Assembly: GCF_032062105.1 (NCBI RefSeq) | Contig: NW_026923075.1 | Span: 62,001-126,000 of the forward strand | DNA: 64,000 bases | From: Saccostrea cucullata | Lineage: Eukaryota | Direction: 5' to 3' | Shown: positions 1 to 12,105 of the stretch, in pieces | Numbering within the stretch: position 1 is the stretch's first letter | How the letters are laid out: every line of letters starts with the position of its first letter | Notes under the pieces: generated by a model | What the model was told of the DNA's origin: nothing | The model's input: the letters and a program-made list of their open reading frames with translations, nothing else | Databases searched by the model: none | Made by a program: the position numbers and the translations under genes

Positions 1-3000
1 ATTTACAATAATAAATGTTTTTAACTTTATTATCATTTTTATCCCAATTATTCTCACTACTAGTTTTGTGCTAGAAGTGTTGAAATAATATTATGCATCC
101 CTTCCTCAAAGCATACCTCATCTCCTATATTCAGAAATCTGGAAAGCTGCTTTCATTATTGTAGTTCTTGCTCCAGTCTTCAGTATTATGTAGGAAATGT
201 GAGTAAAATTAATGAATAATCTGAGTTAATCATAGAGAGCTTCACCATTTATTGACCAGCCAGATGTAGTGATGAGTGCCACAGATGGGGACTTGATCCA
301 AATATACAAACACACATATATTTCCCAGCAAAAGAAATTAGCAGTGATAAATATTATGAGAGAGTGGCATTTCAGAGACAGTGTTTATCCTGACCTTGGT
401 CAGGGGTTCATTGAATTTCTTTTCTATGATGGAAGCTATATGTTTGAGAATATTAGTCTTCCTGTGCTGTTGGCACTTTTTCAGTGCGGGGTAGGGTGAT
501 ACCAGACCCTGTCACCCTGTGTGTCTGTCTGTTTGTAATTCGCAAGCATATGTGACAATCTCAAGATTTTTCTGCCAAAATATTATATTTATAGCTACAA
601 TGTTGGATCAAGGAAGAATTACAAATATGCTAAGTAATCATTATTTCATCTCTTCAGATAAAACTTATTTAAAATGTGTAATAGAATGATTGCACTTATG
701 GTATTTTATTAATCTTTTTTATGCTTTGTGAAGAAAATATTCTTTATTAGTTATTTACTTAAATCGACCTGTCTTTTTTACTATCATAATTATTATATTA
801 TCACATTTTTGACATAATCATGATAACCCATTTCACAAGCAATGCATTTTCACAGCATGGAAGAAAAGAATGTTAAGTTATTGCTGCCAAAAAGCCCTTA
901 ATTAACATGCAGAATCTTGGTACATTAAAAGCGTATTTCAGATTTCTCAAGTTGTTTTGATTTGGCAAGTGTCATCTAGTGTACATTCTGGAATACTAAG
1001 GTAGAATTGCAGCAACGTGAGATTACTGTTAGATAGGACTTTAAAAATCCTTGGGCCCATGAGGCCGATTCATAGACCAATCTCTTTCTCACCATAACTG
1101 TCCAATTTTGGCCACTTTAAGTCTAACAATATACAAATTATCTCCTTAGCCTCATTGTGAGTTAATGATAGGTCCTGCCAGTGCGACACAAGCCTAAATC
1201 ATTACATTGGTCATGTATATAGTTTTATATCCCTGGCTGTTAGTCACTAACAGGGCTAATCTATATGGAGATGAGCAGGAGATGATCGTACTGTTTATGG
1301 CTCACATTTCTTGTATTTTTATGCAGTAAATATCTGCAATATCGAAATGTTTTCAAATCAGAATTCTGCACAGGGAATTTATTCCAAGTTTGGGATTTAT
1401 AATATAAAAGGATTGTGAATAATTTATTTAATAATTTTCTACTTATAGTTTCAAATGAACCATGGAGTGTTTTGGATTGATCTATGAAGAGCTGATCAAT
1501 TTTGATATGATTCAAACAAATTTTTGACAAATTATTGTACATGAACAACTGAGATAGTTCAGAGCCTTCAAGTGTTTGGTTTTTTTTTTTTGTATTAATA
1601 GTAACTATTCACACTGAATAAATATGCATAAATGAAACAATGGAAAGAGATAGATTTTGGAAGCCAGAAAATATAAAGTCTGTTTGTTGTTTTCTAGTAA
1701 ATAACTCATCGACTGACTCAAGATGCTTCCATTGAGATATTGAATTGGCATACATATTGTATAATGGATGTACCTCAGGTCATGTAAAAACCAGAAGAAT
1801 ATAGCTGACACATTCCTTCTCTTCATCAATTCTGTCCTTTTAGTTATCCTAGATACATCTGTTGCCAAAATCAGTGTAATAAATTGTTTAAATTGGCATT
1901 AGTATTGTCATTGTGGTCCAGTTCAATATTACGTCTATTGTCTATGTTATATTTAAAATGCCCATATGTTGCCTCCTTGCGGGTTCTTTACTGGGGATAA
2001 CCCCGTATTATCAACAGCTGTAGTCAGCACCCTGAGCCAGGAACCCCACTAATCCATCATACCAGTGTACCAAAACACAAACATTGATCTATAAAATAGG
2101 GCATATTCAACAAAACTAATGTATCTTTTTTTAACATTTGCATCTGTGGTGTCTCTTCTGTGTTTAAATTAAGATACATATTTTTATAGAAATCTGAACT
2201 TATTTTTGGTTCAAGTTAAATTTGGAACATGAAGACAAATCTGAAATGACCAGATACACAAGAAACTGTAATATCATAAATTATTCTAAGATCAGTGTCT
2301 GTAAATTTAAATACCAACCATTGTTGCACACAAGATAGTACATCAATGAAAGGTCTGAAAAGCAAATACCATGGATGCACGGTTCAGCCTAGTGCAATCT
2401 CAATTTATTTGTGGCATTACTGTAGCTACACTTGCTCTTAACTGCATTAGTTATAATTTAATTTTACAATAATGCTTAATTGACCATTTATCTTATCTGT
2501 GATAGATAAATAAACCCGATCATTGAAAACATATTGCTGATCCAGATTACAACCAAAAATCTAATGAGAACAAACATACTCATGACCTTGATATAAATAT
2601 AAGTCATGATCAAAACATATTTTCATGCCAGGAAAATGAATACTCTAAAAATAGAGATCATCAAAAGTGTTTTAAGGTTTGGATGTTTTGAAAAAAAAAA
2701 TCGCAAGGTGTCTCAAAACAACAAATTTGTTCAGAATTCAAATTAAGTAACTTAGAGTGTCAATGAACACAGTATATAATAGGGAAGTATAAAGGATTAT
2801 ATTGCAGTAGTGGATGTAATGGTAAAATGAAAGTTTTGTCATTGGAACATGCATAATCATTGTCAAATTTTTCAATTTTACAATGAGCTAAGCTTAATTT
2901 ACTTTTTTCTGGTTACTGGAACATATCCAAAGGCAAATACAAGCCACCACTTAAAGATTTGTTTGGTAAATTGACATTCATATCATTCAATTTTAAGCCC

Positions 3001-6000
3001 ATTGTGTTAATTTGCTTTTGAATACCATGGTTTAATTCATCTTATTGTATACTTTTCTTTTCATTCATGATACTGGTGCGAGGTAATTCAAGTTTGCAGC
3101 AGATTTTTCTTATTCTTAAAAACTGGAAATATAGGTATATATATAAATTATCAACTCCATTCAGTAAATGCTGGATTATTTGCTGACATGTACTGAAACA
3201 GAATGCCAAAAAAAGCTGTCCATTAAATCCCTGTAGGAAGCAGAGAGTGACAGTGCCAAGTCAGTCTGTCTTAGAGAGTACAGAAACAATTATATCAGAC
3301 TTATGTCACTATCATGTCTCCAGTGATGAAACGAACTGTCTTTTTTATAGCTCAGATTTAGGAGCAGTAAGACTTATGGATTCAAAATGCTGGTATATGT
3401 ACCTCAATCCAAGGGTTTTAAAAACGTTAGGTGTTGGGAGTCAATCGGATTGACTTTGAAAGTTTAGCTGACAATAATTTGTGTCTTTTCTTGTAGGCTG
3501 TGTGCATGTTTCTTCTTGTATTCCTTTTCAGTTGTAGAGTGATTGTGATTTTAATATCTTAATTATTGTAACCATTGATCATTATGCAGGTAATAAAACC
3601 GTAATAAAATTCAAGGCTTTTGCACCGAGTTTTTTTTTAATTGTACAGTTTGTGATGTACTGGATATATTATCAGGGAAATCTGTCACTTAGGTATTACA
3701 ATACCCACCTAAAAATTTCACACTTAATACAGAATACTGCACTCAGTAGTCAGTATTCGTAAGATCTTCTGTCTTTTCTATGAAATAAGAACATTTCCAA
3801 GCTACCAATATAACTTATCCATATGATCTACCACATCCCAGTTTCACTTTGATCCTCAAACAACTCCATAAATTATGTCTAAGCAGCAGCTTTGGGAAGG
3901 GCTAAACAAGAAAATATAATTGACTTTTATCTCTGTATCACTTGTATTACAAAGCTTGTGCTAATTGACCTGGCTAAATCAAAAAGCCACTAAATATTCT
4001 GATATATCAGTTCTAATTTATAATGATTGACCAGTACATTTCTTCCTCATTGAGCCTAAAGAGTTCCTCTTTTTTCAAATGTGTTTGATTTAAGTGTTTT
4101 CTTCACTTGAAGTACTCAGCTTTCTATATAAAAAAATGCATGTGTTTAAAGTAACTCTCTATATCTCTCTCTCTCTCTCGTATTTTATCTTGGTTAAGGA
4201 AACCATAAAGCAATTTCATCCTGCGCATTTCAGTTGAAAAAGAGTTATTGTGAAACATGATTTTAGCTGATTTCCTACAGGTACATCTGTAAGATTTCAT
4301 ATTAGAAAGCCCAGCTCCTAAGAGAGTCTTGTTATAGTGCATTTCATAATGAAGTCGTTTGATGTGTGACCAGGTAATATTTCCGGGTAAAATTATTTGT
4401 ACTTTACAACTGTTTTCATATGAAAATGGAAGCATCTATAATTATTTGCTTGCAGTAACAATTGACATTTCCATGATTGTGTAAGACATCCTATTGTTAA
4501 AACCATGCATCCAGTTCAGAAAAATAAACTTCAGAGATTTCCTCTCTAATCGTCTCTCTTTCTTTCTTGACCACTTCTTACTTTTTCTTATCGTGAATGG
4601 AATCATTTATGTTACCTGGAAGCTCTAACCTACCACAAACTTCTTCAATCAAAAATAAAAATAATCAAAACATCAGATGAGTTAGCACCGAAGGGTTGTC
4701 AAACATTTAAAACAGGTTTCATGGGAAAATATTGAACTTACTACAATCACTTTCATGGGCTTACAATCTCTTTTAAGATAAGTCTAGATAGCATAAATTG
4801 CCATATTATATTCTGAAAGAGCCTCTGATGTTCAGATTTCATATATATTATACAAATAAAGCAAAACGCATGTCAATTTTAATATCTTAATGTATTTGCC
4901 CCGAACATATATCACTCAGAGCTGTAGATACAATCTTATTTTACATATCATTGTCATGTGGAAGATGTGATAATTCAAATCAGGAATTTCAAAGGGAAAA
5001 AAAGTTGTGTAAATGATGATATTCAAGGATTTGGGCTTTCCAATTTTTGAAAAAAAAATAATTTTAATTAAATGTAATCTTGCAATGGATATTTTAACAA
5101 TTAAATAAGTTTTGTAATTGTTGAATATGCAGTCTTGAAAAGTGAATAACAATATATTCATCAAGTTCTTATCTTGCAAAAATGGAGTTCTGTACGTCCG
5201 CCTTTTAATTGACATTTTGTAAAAGTTTGTTTTGCTATCAATAGCAATAAAAACCATAGCGGTAACAATTAATGACATTATTACATCACAATTAATGGTG
5301 AGACTGATACTAGGCGCACAAATAAAGCTTTCCTATGCATTTCATACAAAGAAAAAAATCTCTCCTTTGGAGGCCTAGAAAACATATCAGGTTGTTTTTC
5401 TTCATTGATTTCCATACCCCAAGTCTTCAAGATCCTCAGATAACCATTCCTAGAAACATTCCGGATTAAACTACCCTGTTCGCTGTAGGCCTGTCGAGTT
5501 TTCTTCTGACAGTTTAGACCAATACTTGGGGACATGGAAGCTAATCTGGTTTGAATGCGTTATAAATCAGTTAGATAGAATCCCCCGTCAGTGCTCAGTG
5601 GCCTGGGTACCTGTACCAATAATACAGCTATTGATTAGGGGCCTTAATGTATTATTAAGGTGCACCTGCCCGTTTCCTGCTCAGAAAAGAAACAGGAACT
5701 CTGTCCTTGTTGCAGGATATTCCAACTTCTTTAAAATTCAATAATTGGTTCCTATCGAATGGAAGTTCGGAAATTGTTCTATAGACATATTATTCACTGT
5801 AGCAAAAAGACGAACCAATATAGTGTGACAATAGATGATCAGTATTCAGAGTCCAAAGGTTCAGAAAAAAGGTAGAATATTTTCAGTTGTACTTTAGATT
5901 CAGGCTACCCTTTTATACTAGAGATCTCCACATGTTAATAATTCCAAGTTTATAAAGTCATAAAACGTCGTGGGGAAATCGCTTAGGAAAAGAACACTTT

Positions 6001-6699
6001 GCCCAAGCCACAAAACGCAAATCCTGGAAATTTGAACTTAATTATTGAAAAAAGATTTTAATTATCATTTTAGATAAATTTTTATGGCATTCTAAATAAA
6101 TAACTTTCCCTGGTTGATTTTGATTCTAACAATAGTGTTTATTAGATTTTACAAGCAGCAGATCTTATCTTCAGTAATTACAGGAAATCTCGTCCACTGT
6201 TATTGTAATCGGGTGCTATGTCAAGAAAGCATTGTGCTCTCTCCTTCTTTGACATAAATTCAATAGACCTGGTTATTTGTTTCTTGGTCACCTTCATTAT
6301 ATATGATAAATTCTGCTGTAAGATGGAAATAAACTTGCTCATATCAATATTTATCTTGTATTTTAGAAGACACGATTCTTGGCAAAGAAAGGGATATTTT
6401 TTACTGATACATGTGTTATTTCTTTTAATTATTATTATTTTTATATTATATTATAATTTATATTAAAAGTTTAATATATATTTTGTTCTTTTTAGGCACC
6501 AGGGCTGATAAGTGGACTTCTATTGGTAAGTTACGCCTGAAGTTTCTTTATCGTCTATTCATTAACTGGGCGCTATTGCCGTGTTTAGTTCCTTTATTTT
6601 ATGTTCACACGAATTCGTAAGTGCTTAAAAATAAACAAAATAAAAATAAAATATTTAAACAAATAAAAATCATGTTTTTTCAAAGTCATGGTGAAAAAT

Positions 6700-7495
6700 A
6701 GTATTTTTGCCCAAAGAAAAGTTTCGTGACAGTGAATATACCTGCCAACATGACAGCCCTAGAACCAATTATTCATGTAATGACCATGGTTAAAGTTTTT
6801 CAAAAGAAGGTCAAATTGAAAGTCAAGGTCAAATGTTCAAAATTAATGGTGCCCAAGGAAAGGCCTTGTCACAAGAATACACAAGTGAAACATGTAAGCC
6901 CTAGCACACCAACCATTCAAAAGTTATGTCCAAAGTTAAAGTCTTTCAGTTTTAATGAAATCTAACGGAAGATCACCAGGAATATACCATGTGAAATACA
7001 AAAGCCTTAGCTCTACATTGTGCGAAGGATATGGCCAAAGTTACTGTGCCAAACTCCAAGATCAAGGTCGAATGGTCAAAATGGTTCAATCATATGGAAA
7101 AAAACTCACAAAGAACACACGTGAAGTATGAAATCCCTAGCAAAAAAGTTTTTCGAGGATAGGTCAAACTTCAAGGTTAAGTTCAAAGGGTTAAAATTAT
7201 TATTACCCAAGGGAAGATTTTGTCAGAGAATACACCCCTGAAATACTAGTATGTAAGCCCCAACATAAATCGTTCAAAAGATATGGCCAAGGTTAAAGTT
7301 TAGTATATTTTTCAAGAGTGGTTCACACAACAAGATCAAGAGGTCAGTTATCTTTACCCAAAAATATCTTGTCACAAGGAATACACTGAAATATGAAAGC
7401 CATAGGACAAACAAATCAAAAGTTATGGACAAAGTTGATTTGTAGAAGACATACAGACAGACGGACGTATACCGTAAAAACTATATGCGCTTAAA
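6700..7495 (+). mobile_element. Degenerate non-autonomous Helentron-type (HINE/pearl-like) element with internal tandem repeats, in the Jagged intron
   Basis: Several diverged ~120-130 bp units (aaggtcaa...gtcacaag...aatacac..gtgaaa..tg.aagccctag) ending in an ACAG/ACGG microsatellite (7452-7467). Ends are approximate. Confidence 0.55.
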
Positions 7496-8055
7496 ATTGT
7501 ATGGACATTTTGTTGGTTATGAAATGCGACGCCAAGACTATATCACCAAGTTGGACTTTGAAAATATTTGCAATCAATTAAGATTTCCATAATCGATTCG
7601 GAATTATACACAGTAAAACAAATATATATATTCTTTTTTTTTTTGGTAAATACTTATATATCAATGTTCGCGACTGTGAGCAATTAAAAGCAATTGGCTT
7701 CGGCAAATGTTGTCTTTGAGAAGCCGATATATTATTCCAAACAGTTCAACAATTTTAATCAGACTGACAATGTTCGGTTTCTTATTCCCTATTGTGTCTT
7801 TCCTAAGCATAAATATGTACACATAATATTGACAGCAAACTTTGGCATTGAATAGTTTATCCATTCTGGCCAAAGTTTACACAAGCCGCCAAGTTCTTCC
7901 GATATTTTAATCTATCGTTTTTAATAATGGTGAGGCGAAAAGAGAGTTACATGCATATTTATATGTCTTTTTTATAATTCGCCAAATATAAAACATTTAA
8001 ACAAATAATAATATAATATGATCAACAATCAAAAAATTACTTCCTCATCAAATAA

Positions 8056-10777
8056 TCACGTGACAAATCACGTGATTTCAGAGTCTTGAGGTACGCTTGT
8101 TTGAAAGCAAGTCTGAAACAATCTCCAAAAAGACTATCAATTCCCCTTCGTTATGAAGATCAGACAGTGTGTTCGGCGTGTCAAGATGTTTCTATGTAAA
8201 TAAAGTTAAAGACGAGCCAAGGTGATCATCGCTAGTCGTGGGAAAACGCTTCTCACCAAATCCTTGTAATCGTCAGATCTATATAGCTGTTTTTATACTA
8301 AGAGTTATATGCAGATAATTGTTGAAAAGTTCATTTCGTTTTGTTAGTTCAAGATTTTTACTAGCTTTCATGTGAATGGTAAGAACAATTTTCGAAGAAA
8401 GAATTATTCTTTTCAATAGAATAGAGGGTAAGTGAGTAACACACTTATTCTAGAGAATTAACATATCATTGTTGAAAACTAATATCTAGATTTAAATCAT
8501 TTTCAACCTCCATTGAGAACTAAGGGCAAAATTGCAATCGACACAATATTGTATAAACGTCGTATTCACCCTATTTACACCTGTGTTTTTAACTTTTTAA
8601 ACCTATCGAATTTCATTTATTAGAAACGATTCTGATTGTGCGTCTTCTATATCACGCGCCCGAATGTCTTCGTTTTAAATTCATTCCAGAACAAGTGCCC
8701 GTTTGTCTTGGTATCTTGAGGTGTATGCACACACCTGATGTAGAACCGTGAGAAAATCTTCCGACCATGAAATTTTCAATTTTTATCTATGCTTGTTTAA
8801 ATGCTGCCAGGACTTTTGACAGCACATTAGCATAAAATATAATAATAACAATAATAATCAGAAAAGTTATGTCCTTTAGCCTTTCTTAACATATCATCGA
8901 TGACAAAAGATAATTCAACATTATATAGAAAGTTAAATATATAAATATATATTTTTTTAAAAATTGGCGTAGGGGGATTGTTAATTTGGAAAACTTACCG
9001 TCCAAGCAAAGCCAAATGGTAATTTTAGTCTTGTCCTGTTGTAATCCAAGGGATAGGTGAAAGTATTTCCTCCGAGAATTGGGCTAGTTTTGTTTCCAAA
9101 CGTACAAGAACCGTCAAAGGTAACCCGGCTCTGGTATTCTTTTAAACAAACTCGAAAAAAAGTATCACACTCATCAGTACAAGAGCTGCTGCGATTTCTT
9201 ACCCCGTCACAACAGGTACCATTCAAGACCTCACCCCTTGGGTTCTGGATAGTTGTAATTTGAATCTCAAAATAACCAGATCCTAAACTGTATTCCAACA
9301 CAGTCACAAGAAACACACTTAAACACAACACGAACATAGTTTTTTCTCAAAACCAGTGATCGCAGTAAATTGAAATTTGTGTTAATCATTAACAATACCT
9401 GGCGAAACCTTTCTTTCTGCAGAAAACATGATTGCGATCCTTCCCCTAAAACCATTCCTAAAGATATTATAGCAGATCACAAATCCCGCTCTGAAAATTT
9501 CATAAATACTTTCCATAAGAATACATTAAAATTTTTATTTTCCACTTTTCAAGACCATGGTAATTAAATCTCACTTCACTCAAGAATGACAATAAAATTG
9601 TGAAAACTAAAGAAATTTGTAAAAATTCTCCATATGCACTTAAATCCGCTCATTGCTCTAGATGCGCTTCCATTTAATTTTAAAGTGCCGCGATTAGGTT
9701 ACACCATCGAGGAATTATTGGTCCGAGATTTCGTTGGTCGTGCGTGAGACCCTTCGCCGCTTCCACTCATGCGTACGATATATAAAAACGCAGAGCCATT
9801 TACTGATCATCTGTATTTTTTCATAACAAACTTGTGCAAGTTTTATGTTGGTGATCTCTGATTAGTTAACCGTGTTCTGGTATTCTTTAAAAAATATCAC
9901 TCGCACAATGCACAAAACTGCTTGTAACTTGAATCGGATGAGCCAGCTATATATTCGTCAAATCTGCATAAAGCACGCGCGATGCTCACGCGAAAGCTCG
10001 TGCTGGACTTATGAGCTAAAGATGTTTGGAAAAATCGGCAAATGACATCTGGTCATATTCCAGTTTTTTAGGTTGAGTTTTAGTAAATATTTATTGATTA
10101 AGAATCCTAAAGTTCATGAGAATGAAGCACAGAGGTAATTAATTTTACTTGGTGTATTTATCAAAGAATGTGACATATGTTAACTAAACAGTATTGTTCC
10201 GCGATAGATCGTTGATTTCAGAAAACCTATAAGAGTATCAATTAGATATAAAGAATAAACGATTTGTTTACAGAGACCAGTCCAGTGAAATTTAAATGAT
10301 TCAAGAATTAAATATATATAAATAAAGATATGCGCAAGATCGATGTTTACAAGAGAACCGTGGGAAAGACAAATCGAACGCCTTCATCAATACGATTAGC
10401 ATATCTTAAATATTCGACAACCTTTGGTTTCTAAGATCTGCCAAATTAAAGGTCGGGAAAGGCGAAGAAAATATGTAAGCAGGTATCCTATATTTATCAC
10501 TTCATAAATTCTCATATTCTCAGCCAAAACGAGCAATTTTCAGCCAGAGTCTAATACTTTTATACTTTAACTTGTGACAAACAAGCGATTTTCATTCAAG
10601 TTTGTTCTAGGTGGATACCCAACCATAGGGAACAACTAGAATTTGAAGAGTTTGACTGCAAGATCAAAGCGATGTCACTCCGTAACGCCGCACGAGACGG
10701 ATGCGCGCGCCTGGGCAGACGATAATAATCTTCTTTGACAGTTACGCATATATATCGCTAGTGAAAGATCGTGGGAA
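8056..10777. promoter_or_regulatory. Jagged promoter/first-intron regulatory region: four CSL (Su(H)/RBPJ) sites plus HES-type and proneural E-boxes
   Basis: CGTGGGAA at 8237, 10359 and 10770; CGTGAGAA at 8747; CACGCG at 8653, 9974 and 9987; CACGAG/CTCGTG at 10691 and 9997; TCACGTGA at 8056 and 8068; CACCTG at 8578 and 8732. The region is visibly CpG-rich compared with 1-5 kb. TATA-like TATATAAAA at about 9779-9787. Confidence 0.6.
8999..9337 (-). CDS. JAG1: Jagged/Serrate Notch ligand, first coding exon (signal peptide + N-terminal MNNL/C2 domain); downstream exons lie beyond a >9 kb intron, apparently outside the window
   Basis: Translation MFVLCLSVFLVTVLEYSLGSGYFEIQI...NGTCCDG...DECDTFFRVCLKEYQSRVT...CTFG...PILGGNTF...LPFGFAWT. 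The KEYQSRVT and DECDT motifs are Jagged-type rather than Delta-type. In-frame TGA four codons upstream of ATG 9337. Phase-0 donor ACG|GTAAGT at 8999/8998 matches the intron after FAWP in vertebrate JAG1. Confidence 0.93.
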
Positions 10778-12105
10778 TCCTCTCCTCCCATCAACAAAAG
10801 TCATTTGTCATACGCTGTTGTGAAAACTTATCACATATTTTTCACTTACCTGTTCGCCGTAACCAGGTGCCCTCCGCTATAGAATTTCAGTGTAAACACA
10901 AAGTCAGGGGTCCCAAAGCAATATACCTTTTCATCGCTTTGATAGTAATGATCAACTAATGAGGTTTTTTTGAAATATGAAACGAAAATTAATTTTTTTG
11001 AAAAACGTTTATCGATGTATCTCTCAAAAGATGATAGAACTTTGTCTTTTCCCCCCAAATCCTATATATGTAATTGTGATTTCTTTTGAATAAGCAAGTC
11101 GCCATGGTTCTCTGTCAGAGAACCATCAATTCTTATCTGTCCCTCTTGTCAAGGTTAGCTCGTGTCAGCTTTCTGCTAATCTCATTACAATAAAATAGGA
11201 TCTATGTACTAATTAAAAGATTACATACTCTGCTGATGCAGATGTATTCTGCTCAGTGAATTTTTACAGCGCACGAAGATCGACAGGAGCCGTAGAAATT
11301 AAGATTCAAATAATGAGACATAAGCATGGTCTTGGCAATGCCTGTCCTCTGGTATTCTTCTATCGCACCAGTGACCCATTGTAGATCAAACGTAGAAGGC
11401 TCATGGAATAAAATGACAATCTTCAGTTGTCAGTGAATAATTTGTGTGGCATACTGGACCTCCCAGATAATCCACATATAGTATCCAATATTGACGTGTT
11501 CGAATGTGTAACGTCATGATTGAAATACTGTCATTAGATGTAATGAACAAGTGAATATATGTTGAATTTTATATTTGTAAAAATACAATGTACAGTATGT
11601 ACTTTTTGAAATTTAAATTAAAAATATACATGTATTCCAAAGCCTTTTTGTTAGAGTTCTTTGAAGTTGAAAATCAATTACACTAAGTTTTTTTTTTAAT
11701 GATGCATAAATTTCCTGAGGAAAAAAGTAAGCGTTCTTCAGTTGTCCGATACAATAGTGTCCCCCACCATGGCAATCTGCGACATTCCAGTGAATAATGC
11801 ATTAACTGGTGAATTTTTGATGACTGCATTCTGTTGTAATCTCTGCAGTTTTCTGAGTGAGGTGCTGGAAATGAGAGGGTACACGCCATCTTTTCTCCTG
11901 CTAAATCTTCACAACGTCATTAAAATAACGAATAATTGATTTTATTGAACGTAAAAGACATATTATTTGATAAAATCAGTAGAAAACGGGAAAAAATTAA
12001 CAAGTTTTAAATCTTTGTTTCATCCTATGGGTATAGATGGTGGATAATTTGAAAAGAAAGCAATCAGTTTTTTAAATGTATTTTATTTCTTCTGCAATTT
12101 GATTT

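Noticed and set aside
8237-8257. Su(H) paired site (SPS)
   Set aside because: Head-to-head CGTGGGAA and TTCTCAC are only 5 nt apart (SPS needs about 15-17), and the second site lacks the 5' pyrimidine.
1-8998. Further Jagged exons or nested genes (ORFs 269, 1261, 1605, 3247, 4124, 4916, 5281, 5526, 6218, 7661)
   Set aside because: No RSY/FTLIVEAWD-like, DSL or EGF coding sequence was found by eye. The short ORFs have no recognisable motifs and show AT-driven composition.
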